Below, one piece after another: positions 39,131 to 46,395 of a DNA stretch of 64,000 nucleotides. The notes beneath the pieces were generated by a model. That model ran no database searches. It saw nothing but the letters and a program-made list of their open reading frames with translations, and was not told where the DNA came from. Both the position numbers and the translations under genes were made by a program. This DNA is from Kofleriaceae bacterium. Its GTDB lineage: Bacteria > Myxococcota_A > Polyangia > Haliangiales > Haliangiaceae. The stretch is from positions 20,989-84,988 of the forward strand of contig JAYVLQ010000093.1 in assembly GCA_043759355.1 (NCBI GenBank). The letters are read 5' to 3'. Numbering within the stretch: position 1 is the stretch's first letter; every line of letters starts with the position of its first letter.

Positions 39131-40752
39131 CACGCGTACAGCGCTTCGAAGCGCGCGTTGAGCCGCTCGTAGACGGCCTTGCGGCGGAGCTTGAGCGACG
39201 AGGTCAACGTGCCGTCTTCGACGGACAGCGGCGACTCCGCGATGAAGAACTTCTTGATCGATTCGTAGCGCGCGAGCTCGGCATTGATCGCCTCGACGCG
39301 CTGGGCGACGAGCTGATCGCGCTCGCCGGCCGACACCTCGGGGCGCGTCCAGATCGCGGCGACGAGGTAGCTGCGCGCATCTCCGTAGACCACGAGCCGC
39401 TCGATCACCGGATCGTCGACGAACTTCGCCTCGATGTTCGCGGGCGGCACGTTCTTGCCGCCGGCGGTGACGAGGATGTCCTTCTTGCGATCGATGATCT
39501 GGAGGAAGCCATCCTCGGTCCAGCGCCCGACATCGCCGGTGCGGAACCAGCCGTCTTCGGTGAACGCGGCCTTCGTCGCCTCGGGATCCTTGAAGTAGCC
39601 CTTGAACACGTTGTCGCCGCGCGCGAGGATCTCGCCATCGTCGTCGAGGCGCAGCTCGACCGAGGGGAACGCCTTGCCGACGGTGTCGAAGCGATACGCC
39701 TCGGGCTTGTTGAGCGTGAGCGTCGGCGAGGTCTCGGTCAGGCCGTAGCCCTCGATGATCAGCATGCCGTGCGCGTGGAGCTGCTGCTTGATCTCGACCT
39801 TGAGGCCGGCGCCGCCCGAGAGGCAGAACCGCAGGTTGCCGCCGGTGACGGTCTTCAGCGCGGCCTTGGTATCCGTTTGCGCCGCGACGAGCCGCGCGAT
39901 CTTTTCCCAGTAGGCAGGCACCGACATGAACACGTGCGGGGCGATCATCGGGAGGAGCTCGAGCACATCCGCGGGCGTCGCGAGGTAGGTCTCCCATGCG
40001 AGCACGTTGCCGGCGCACAGCTCCCCCCAGCCGAAGATATGGCTGAGCGGCAACCACAATAGATCGCGATCGCCTTCTTCGAGGAGCGCGGCGTTGCTCT
40101 CGAGCCAGTCGCGGCCGTTCGAGCCGACGTTGCGGTGCGACAGCGGCACGCCCTTCGGATTGCCCGAGGTGCCACTCGTGTAGAGCATCTCGGCCGGGTG
40201 ATCGAGCTCGAGCGCGGCGAGGCGCGCGTCGACGATCGCGGGGGTGACCGCATCGCGGCTCGCCGCGGCTTGCACCGAGTGCGGATCCGAGACCGTCGCA
40301 TCGGTCGCCCACGCACAGCTGTCAAGATCGAGGATCTGCGGCTTCGTGGCGAGCTGTGCGAGCGCCTTCTCGAGCCGCGACAAGGGCTCCTTGCCCGCGA
40401 CGAACACGTGCTCGATCTCGGCGTGACCGAGGATGTATGCGACTTGATCGGGCGTGGAGGCCGGATAGATCGGCACGAACACCGCGCCGGCGGTCTGCGC
40501 GCCGAGCGCCGCGCTGGCCCACGCGACAGAGTTCGCGGCGAAGATCGCGACGCGATCACCGACCGCGACATCCTGATCGATCAGCCAGCGAGCGACGCCG
40601 CGGATCTGGATCGCGAACTGACCCCACGAGACGGGCTGCCACGCGCCGGCCTTGTCGCGAACCTGGAAGCGCGGCTTGTCGCGATGGGTCGCGACGCGCG
40701 AGAACACCGCGGCAGGCGCCGGCGCGATCGTGAGGAGCTGGCTGACGTCCAT
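39130..40752 (-). CDS. Long-chain acyl-CoA synthetase (AMP-forming)
   Basis: Trimmed to ATG 40750-40752 (MDVSQLLT). MLYTSGTSGNPKGVPLSH, GYGLTETSP, GWFRTGDVGRWTEDGFLQIIDRKKD, GGKNV, LKLRRK. Confidence 0.85.
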   Translation of the reverse strand: MDVSQLLTIAPAPAAVFSRVATHRDKPRFQVRDKAGAWQPVSWGQFAIQIRGVARWLIDQDVAVGDRVAIFAANSVAWASAALGAQTAGAVFVPIYPASTPDQVAYILGHAEIEHVFVAGKEPLSRLEKALAQLATKPQILDLDSCAWATDATVSDPHSVQAAASRDAVTPAIVDARLAALELDHPAEMLYTSGTSGNPKGVPLSHRNVGSNGRDWLESNAALLEEGDRDLLWLPLSHIFGWGELCAGNVLAWETYLATPADVLELLPMIAPHVFMSVPAYWEKIARLVAAQTDTKAALKTVTGGNLRFCLSGGAGLKVEIKQQLHAHGMLIIEGYGLTETSPTLTLNKPEAYRFDTVGKAFPSVELRLDDDGEILARGDNVFKGYFKDPEATKAAFTEDGWFRTGDVGRWTEDGFLQIIDRKKDILVTAGGKNVPPANIEAKFVDDPVIERLVVYGDARSYLVAAIWTRPEVSAGERDQLVAQRVEAINAELARYESIKKFFIAESPLSVEDGTLTSSLKLRRKAVYERLNARFEALYA

Positions 40753-40754
40753 GG

Positions 40755-41054
40755 CTAGGGGACCTTCCGTGCGTGGAGTTGTTCTTCGAGATCGAACAAG
40801 CGGCTCTCCATCTGGTTGAGCTTGTGGAGCGTGAGCTCCTGGTCGCGGCGGTTCGGCAAGCCGCACATCGACCACCAGCGAGTCATCGCTTGATCAGTCG
40901 CGGCCTTGGTCTTCATCACGGTCGTGAGCAGTGCGCCGGCCGGACCGATCACGCTCGGGTTCGAGAGCGCCTTCTCGACGAATTGCGTCGTCGCCTTTTC
41001 CCACGCTCCGAAACCTTTTTTCCATGTGTCCCAGATGTTCAGCATCGTCGTCAT
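40755..41054 (-). CDS. Small PhaE/PhaR-like putative PHA synthase partner (coiled-coil C-terminus)
   Basis: 99 aa, Trp-rich N-terminus (WDTWKKGFGAWEKA). C-terminus GLPNRRDQELTLHKLNQMESRLFDLEEQL resembles the 'LPTRxDvdxLxkrlxeLe' end of PhaE-type subunits. Its stop lies 2 nt before the next start. Confidence 0.5.
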   Translation of the reverse strand: MTTMLNIWDTWKKGFGAWEKATTQFVEKALSNPSVIGPAGALLTTVMKTKAATDQAMTRWWSMCGLPNRRDQELTLHKLNQMESRLFDLEEQLHARKVP

Positions 41055-41055
41055 T

Positions 41056-41856
41056 TTAAGGCGTGCTCACTTTCTGGCCGAGGGCGAACCGCCGGACGTA
41101 CGTGGCGGTCGTGAAGTCCTCGGCGGCTTCGTCTTGCCTGCTCTCGGCGCGCGCGACCTCGCCGAAACACTCGAACATGAAGATCGTGGTGCGCTTGCTC
41201 ACCACTGGCGTGCCGGTCGAAGGCGTGCGCACCACGTTCGTGCGCACGCGGAGCACCGGCGAAAACTCGACGTAGGGGACATCCAGCCGCTCGCCCGCAG
41301 TGACATCGACCTCGACCTTGTCGGTGCCGACGAACGGCAGGCCCGCGACGATGGCGCTCGCGAGTGCCGCGGTCGTCGAGTACGTCAGACCATCGGTCAA
41401 CGGGAACCGGAGCAGCGCGATCGGATCGGCGTAGCGGATCAGGGTCTTGCCCGCGGCCGGCGCTGCTTCTTGCGAGGCCGTGCCGTCGAGCCAGAGCGCG
41501 CGATCATCCTGGTGATAGATGCCGTCGAGCCCCGAGCCCGCATCGACCGTGAACTGGCCGGTCGGAAATTGATTCGCGTACCATTGCGCGGCGAGCTGGA
41601 TCGGGCCGAGCGCGACGACCGCGTCCTCGGCAGACTCGACCGAGAGATCGTAGATGCCGTTCGATGGCGTGAGGTTGACCGTGCGATTCACGCCCGCGTA
41701 GTAGTCGACCGTGAAGCCGTATGCGATCGGCAGCTCGTCGGCGGTGATCTGGCCATCTCGGTTCGGCACGCAGTTGGGCAGCACCGGGGTGGGATCGGGT
41801 TGCGGCGTGAGGTTCGTGCTGCACGCAGCCAGGCCGATGAGAATTGCAGCGCGCAT
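41056..41856 (-). CDS. Lipoprotein, paralog of the C-terminal domain of 44435..45364
   Basis: Lipobox LIGLAAC. VPNRDGQITADELP ... TIFMFECFGEVARAES...YVRRF aligns with APNHDGMIEANEVP ... YAWITECFGSVATAT...EVRRL. The ATG overlaps the upstream stop (ATGA at 41854-41858). Confidence 0.7.
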   Translation of the reverse strand: MRAAILIGLAACSTNLTPQPDPTPVLPNCVPNRDGQITADELPIAYGFTVDYYAGVNRTVNLTPSNGIYDLSVESAEDAVVALGPIQLAAQWYANQFPTGQFTVDAGSGLDGIYHQDDRALWLDGTASQEAAPAAGKTLIRYADPIALLRFPLTDGLTYSTTAALASAIVAGLPFVGTDKVEVDVTAGERLDVPYVEFSPVLRVRTNVVRTPSTGTPVVSKRTTIFMFECFGEVARAESRQDEAAEDFTTATYVRRFALGQKVSTP

Positions 41857-44438
41857 CAGAATGCAAACCCCGCGCGGACGCGAAACGACTGTGCGGTCTG
41901 CGCCTTGAGAATGGTGTTATCGAACGCCGCGCCCGGTGCGAACACGCCGTAATCGAGCGTGAGGGCGAAGCCATCGCGGCTGACGTAGCGGAGCTCGGGA
42001 TCGAGCTCGATGCCAAGCGCGCGCTGCCCGCTCGGCGTGGACGTCGCCTCGATCGCCCACGAGGCGATCAGCGCCGCGCCGGCCTCGAGGTGACCGCCGC
42101 CGACCTCGAGCAGCGTCATCTTCGCGTGCGGGCGCAGATACACCGCGTCGGTGATCGTGCCGATGACCTCGCGGAACAAGATCTGATCGATGTGGTAGTC
42201 GGGATGAAACCGGAAGTTGTCGACGGTGCGATCACCCGGCGCACTCGCCTGTGGTCCATCGAATTGGCCCGGGATGGTCGCGGCCTGGCCCGCGGCCGGG
42301 AAGGCGCCGAAGCCCGGCGCGCTATCGCCGCTCGCGTAGCCGAGATCGAAGCCAATCTTACCGACACCGACGTTGGCGTCGCTCTCGACCGCGAGGCCGA
42401 GCTGCTTCGACGTGATCGGCTCGGTCACCGCGGCGCCCGGAATCAAGGAGGGCTGCGCGACGTTCGCCGCGAGGTACGCGAGCTCGGCCTCGATCCGGAA
42501 TCGGTCGCTCGAGATCCGGAACCAGCCACCGGTCGCGGTTGCCGTGAAGCCACGCGCGCTGAGGTCATGGCTGGTGAAGCTGGTGACCGGCGCGGCGGTC
42601 GGCAGGTACGAGGCCGGGACGTCGCGATCTTGCGTGCGATGCGAGATGTAGACCGCGTACTCGACGCTGGTCTTGCCGGCGGCGGCACGGCGCGCGAGCG
42701 CCGCGGGCGAATGGACCTTGAGGATCGCGAGCGTCGGACCGGCGACCGCATCGCTCGGCTCGAGCGCGATCGGGCGACCGCCATCCTTGCTCGTCGTGAA
42801 CGGGCCGCTCGAGGTCCAGTCGTAGGCAATGGCGAGCAAGTGACCGAACAGCGGCGACACGAACGCCGCGCGATCCGCGGAATCACCATGATCGCAATCT
42901 TCGCAGTCGCCACCGTTCGCATTGATTCCGAGCCCGAAGTGCGCGCCCATGCGACCGACCGCGAGCGTGCCGGCCGGCGTGAGTGCTTCGGCCCACGCGC
43001 GCTTGACGACGACCGTCGTCGGCCGCTGCCCGCCGCTGGTCGCCGGCGAACCGCCCGCGAGATCAGGTGAGCCTCCAAGCGCGACGTTATCGAGCCAGTC
43101 GACGCGCGCCTTGACCGCCACGCCGACACCCGGCGCGTACGCCGCGAGATCGGTGCGCGCACGCATGTCGTTGCTCTGGATCAGCTGACCGCCGCCGAGT
43201 GGAATCGGAAAGACCGGCTTGCCGGTCGTATCGAGCCCGCGATCGAGATCGAGGTTGTAGAGCTGTGCCGTGCGTACGCGGAGCGCACCGTGAATCACGA
43301 GCTCGACCTTCTCGCGCGGCGCCGCGTACATCCGCGGCGTGAGCTCCGAGCCGAGCGACGCGAGGTCCGCGCCGAGCGGTAGCCGATTCGAATCGTCGAC
43401 GGGCGGCGGGCCGAAGCCTTCGGGCACTTTCGGGGTCTCTTCCGGATCCACGTGCGCGGCATTGCTGTCGTTGCCGCCGGTACCACCGCCGCTGCCGCCA
43501 CTCGTCTCGGTGGGCATGGGCGCAGGTGCCGGCTCTGGTTCCGCCCCCGCGCGGTCGGTATCGAGGAAGGTAACGAGATCCCTCGTCGAGGCGTTGTGAG
43601 CCTCGACCATCGGGATGTGGCCACAGTGCTGGTAGATCTCGAGTTTGGCATTCTGCAGCTCGTTGACGAGCCGATACGCGAAGCTCACCGGCGTCACCTG
43701 ATCCTGCGCGCCCCACAGCAACAGCACCGGCTTCGCGAAGCCACGCAGCTGCTCGTGCAGCCCGGCGAAGTGATGGCCACGCGCGACCGCGAGCGCGGCC
43801 GCCGTGGTGCCCGGTCGATCCATGCTGTCCTCGACACGCTCGACGCGCGCCTGCGTGACCCAGCGCTCGTCGTAGTACGCGAGTGGCGCACGGTCTTCCA
43901 TACGCTCCGTGTAGAACAGCCCGAACAGGAGTTCGCCGAGGCCCGATTTCTGCGCCCAGCGGAAGAAGCTCGGCACTTGATCGTCGTAGACGTACGCGTC
44001 GTAGAGTGCGACGCGCCGCACGCGTTCGGGATGCTGGACCGCCATCGCGACCGATACCGACGCGCCCCACGAGTGGCCGACGATCGCTACGTCGTCGACG
44101 CCGAGCTTGTCGAGCACGTGCCACACGAGGTCTGCTTGCGCGGCTGGCGAGTAATCGCCTTCGGGCCGGCTCGTCCAGCCGAAGCCCTTGAGATCGATCG
44201 CGATCACGCGATGATGCGCGGCGACCGGAGGAGCGACACTGGCCCAGCTATCGAGCGAGGCGCCGTAGCCGTGGATCATCACGACCCCAGGACCGGAGCC
44301 GGTTTCACGATAGCGCACGCGGATCCCGTCGACGTCGACGAACGTCGCATCGGCGGGCGCACCTCGAAGCGGTCCCGCATGGAAGCTCGGGCAACCCGCG
44401 AGGACGAGCGCCAACGCGCAGGTGGCGAGGGCTCTCAA
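41856..44438 (-). CDS. Lipoprotein alpha/beta-hydrolase fused to a large C-terminal putative outer-membrane beta-barrel domain
   Basis: Trimmed to TTG 44436-44438, which overlaps the upstream stop (TTGA). MRALATCALALVLAGC lipobox. VMIHGYG, GHSWGAS, CGHIPM triad elements. Gly/Pro linker. About 500-aa domain with alternating pattern ending ...FRVRAGFAF (C-terminal Phe). Confidence 0.75.
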   Translation of the reverse strand: MRALATCALALVLAGCPSFHAGPLRGAPADATFVDVDGIRVRYRETGSGPGVVMIHGYGASLDSWASVAPPVAAHHRVIAIDLKGFGWTSRPEGDYSPAAQADLVWHVLDKLGVDDVAIVGHSWGASVSVAMAVQHPERVRRVALYDAYVYDDQVPSFFRWAQKSGLGELLFGLFYTERMEDRAPLAYYDERWVTQARVERVEDSMDRPGTTAAALAVARGHHFAGLHEQLRGFAKPVLLLWGAQDQVTPVSFAYRLVNELQNAKLEIYQHCGHIPMVEAHNASTRDLVTFLDTDRAGAEPEPAPAPMPTETSGGSGGGTGGNDSNAAHVDPEETPKVPEGFGPPPVDDSNRLPLGADLASLGSELTPRMYAAPREKVELVIHGALRVRTAQLYNLDLDRGLDTTGKPVFPIPLGGGQLIQSNDMRARTDLAAYAPGVGVAVKARVDWLDNVALGGSPDLAGGSPATSGGQRPTTVVVKRAWAEALTPAGTLAVGRMGAHFGLGINANGGDCEDCDHGDSADRAAFVSPLFGHLLAIAYDWTSSGPFTTSKDGGRPIALEPSDAVAGPTLAILKVHSPAALARRAAAGKTSVEYAVYISHRTQDRDVPASYLPTAAPVTSFTSHDLSARGFTATATGGWFRISSDRFRIEAELAYLAANVAQPSLIPGAAVTEPITSKQLGLAVESDANVGVGKIGFDLGYASGDSAPGFGAFPAAGQAATIPGQFDGPQASAPGDRTVDNFRFHPDYHIDQILFREVIGTITDAVYLRPHAKMTLLEVGGGHLEAGAALIASWAIEATSTPSGQRALGIELDPELRYVSRDGFALTLDYGVFAPGAAFDNTILKAQTAQSFRVRAGFAF

Positions 44439-45364
44439 GGAATCAGCCTGCGGACTTCCGCGTCCGAGCCGAACTCGCTGTCCGGCGAGACCGAGGTTGT
44501 CGAACCAGCTGTCGCCGTGGCAACCGAGCCAAAGCACTCCGTGATCCACGCGTAGGAATGCACCGAGTAGTAGACCGAGCCGAGCTGCGACTGCGCGAGA
44601 ATGGTGCTGACGCGGAGGACCGGAAAATCTCCGTACGGCGTCGACATCGTGCCTGTCTGATCGACGTTCGAGACGTACTTCTCGGTGTAGTTCACACCGA
44701 ACGGGAACGCCGCCGTGGTTCCGGTTACCGTACTGCTGGACGTCCACGTCGAGCTCGCACCGAACGGCACCGCGAGAATCCTCGCCGGCGGGTCGTACGT
44801 GAGCTCGGTGGATCCAGAGCCACCGCTCGGCGACACGACGCCGAGCAGCGTTACGCCAGTCGAGTCGACGTGAAAAACGCCTTGAAGATCCGAACTTTTT
44901 GCGAGCGTCGTCACGTACGTCGCCGTCGAGAAGCTCGCGTCGGCCGCCCACCACTTGCCTGCCGGAGCGTCGAGCGTGACCGCGCCATCGGCATCGTTCG
45001 CGAGCGCACCGGTCAGCGACCACGTGCGCGTTTCGCCGCTCGAGGCGGTGCCTTGCGTGTTCCAGGTCGCGCTGGTCGCGATCCGGTAGTTCGCCATCTT
45101 GCCCGCTGCGAGCGGCACTTCATTCGCCTCGATCATGCCGTCGTGATTCGGCGCGCACAGCGCATTCGATCCGCTATCGACGTTGCTGCCACTACCACTG
45201 CCATCGCCGGCATCAGTCGTGGCCGGGCCGCACGTGCCGTCCGCGCGGCAGAAGTGCGAGGCGCACTGGTCACGGCTCGTGCACGGCGTACCCGAGCTCG
45301 ACCCGCACCCGCCGACGACGAGCATGCTGCAGCGCAGCACGAAATTAGCGATTCGGGTCGACAT
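44435..45364 (-). CDS. Lipoprotein with Cys-rich N-terminal knot and paralogous C-terminal domain
   Basis: Start chosen at MSTRIANFVLRCSMLVVGGC (45362-45364; the ORF extends to 45394). CTSRDQCASHFCRADGTC, Gly/Ser linker, then a domain paralogous to 41056..41856. Confidence 0.7.
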   Translation of the reverse strand: MSTRIANFVLRCSMLVVGGCGSSSGTPCTSRDQCASHFCRADGTCGPATTDAGDGSGSGSNVDSGSNALCAPNHDGMIEANEVPLAAGKMANYRIATSATWNTQGTASSGETRTWSLTGALANDADGAVTLDAPAGKWWAADASFSTATYVTTLAKSSDLQGVFHVDSTGVTLLGVVSPSGGSGSTELTYDPPARILAVPFGASSTWTSSSTVTGTTAAFPFGVNYTEKYVSNVDQTGTMSTPYGDFPVLRVSTILAQSQLGSVYYSVHSYAWITECFGSVATATAGSTTSVSPDSEFGSDAEVRRLIP

Positions 45365-45409
45365 GCGGCGCACGCTAGCGAGCGTGATGAGCATCTGTCA
45401 AGGCTTCTT

Positions 45410-45420
45410 TTGCGGCGCAA
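45410..45420. promoter_or_regulatory. Perfect 11-bp palindrome TTGCGGCGCAA (TGC-N3-GCA core) in the phaR/operon divergent intergenic region
   Basis: Read directly. It lies between start 45364 (minus) and phaR ATG 45445. Confidence 0.5.
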
Positions 45421-45444
45421 CAAAATCCGCCCTTGCAGTGCGAC

Positions 45445-46119
45445 ATGGCTCCCCGTAAGGTGCAGCCCGTGGCGACGGTCCTCATCAAGAAGTACGGAAA
45501 TCGCCGCCTCTACGATACCGGAGATTCGCGCTACATCACGCTGGACGAGCTCGCGACCAAGGTCCGCGGCGGCACCGATGTTCGCGTGGTCGATGCGCAG
45601 ACGGGTGACGACCTCACGCAAGCGAGCCTCGTGCAGGTCGTGCTCGAGACCGGTAACGCCGCGAAGTTTCTGCCGACCCAGCTGCTCACGCAGATGATCC
45701 GGCTCTCGGATGATTCGCTCGCGGAGTTCTTCAGCCGTTACGTCACCAATGCGCTCGACCTCTATCTCCAGGCCAAGCGCGGTGTGCAGTCACTCGGCGG
45801 TTACAGCCCGCTCGCGCAGATCCCGATGGCCGCGACCGATGCCCTCACGCGGATGTGGATGGGGTCGCCGTTCGGCGGCTACCCGCCCCAGTACGGCGGC
45901 GGTTACGCCGCTCCACCGCCGAGCTATCCCACGCAGGCTCCGCCTCCGGAGCCACCGCCGTTCGATGCCCACGACGTTCAGCCGGAGCCGGTCGTCGCGA
46001 AATCGAATGGGGATGAAGTCGCGGCGATGCGACGCGAGCTCGAAGAGCTCAAGCAAGCCGTGCGAGAGAGCATCAGCGCGCGACCCGCGGCACGCAAGAA
46101 AAAGAAACAGACCGAGTAG
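45445..46119 (+). CDS. phaR: PHA synthesis repressor PhaR
   Basis: MAPRKVQPVATVLIKKYGNRRLYDTGDSRYITLDEL is the hallmark N-terminal PhaR DNA-binding domain. Pro/Tyr-rich linker, charged C-terminus. The tracked ORF starts at TTG 45433. Confidence 0.85.
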   Translation: MAPRKVQPVATVLIKKYGNRRLYDTGDSRYITLDELATKVRGGTDVRVVDAQTGDDLTQASLVQVVLETGNAAKFLPTQLLTQMIRLSDDSLAEFFSRYVTNALDLYLQAKRGVQSLGGYSPLAQIPMAATDALTRMWMGSPFGGYPPQYGGGYAAPPPSYPTQAPPPEPPPFDAHDVQPEPVVAKSNGDEVAAMRRELEELKQAVRESISARPAARKKKKQTE

Positions 46120-46283
46120 CGGGCGTCAGTCTGCGCCGTACTAGCTGCGCGGTGCGCGTCTGCAGCACGCGAAGGACGTGCTCGCGAACCACGTCGTCGA
46201 GCGCTTGCACCTGCGGGAGCGCTTGCGCGTGCGGGGCGGCTTGTTCGGTCGAGCTGCGCGCGGTTGGGGAGAGTTCCTGTATG

Positions 46284-46294
46284 CTGCATCGCAA
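46284..46294. promoter_or_regulatory. CTGCATCGCAA (TGC-N3-GCA core), upstream of the MFS gene
   Basis: Read directly in the AT-richer 46120-46395 intergenic region. Confidence 0.4.
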
Positions 46295-46358
46295 CAAAAC
46301 TGATCACCCAACGCACCGCGTAACTCTATGTTTTTGTGTGGCTGAAATTTGTTGTCTA

Positions 46359-46369
46359 TTGCGTCGCAG
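46359..46369. promoter_or_regulatory. TTGCGTCGCAG (TGC-N3-GCA core), 27 nt upstream of the MFS start
   Basis: Read directly. Confidence 0.4.
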
Positions 46370-46395
46370 TATATTTTTGGGCTATCGCAGCACGC

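Noticed and set aside
38102-45023. Run-on ORFs 38102..40312 (736 aa) and 41856..45023 (1055 aa) taken at face value as giant fusion proteins
   Set aside because: The N-terminal parts are out-of-frame read-through of the upstream genes (Arg/Pro/Gly-rich). Sensible proteins begin at internal starts that overlap the upstream stops (ATGA at 39128-39132, TTGA at 44435-44438). The same logic was applied to 57704..61426, 52998..54692, 21497..22723, 25452..26231 and 7917..9332.
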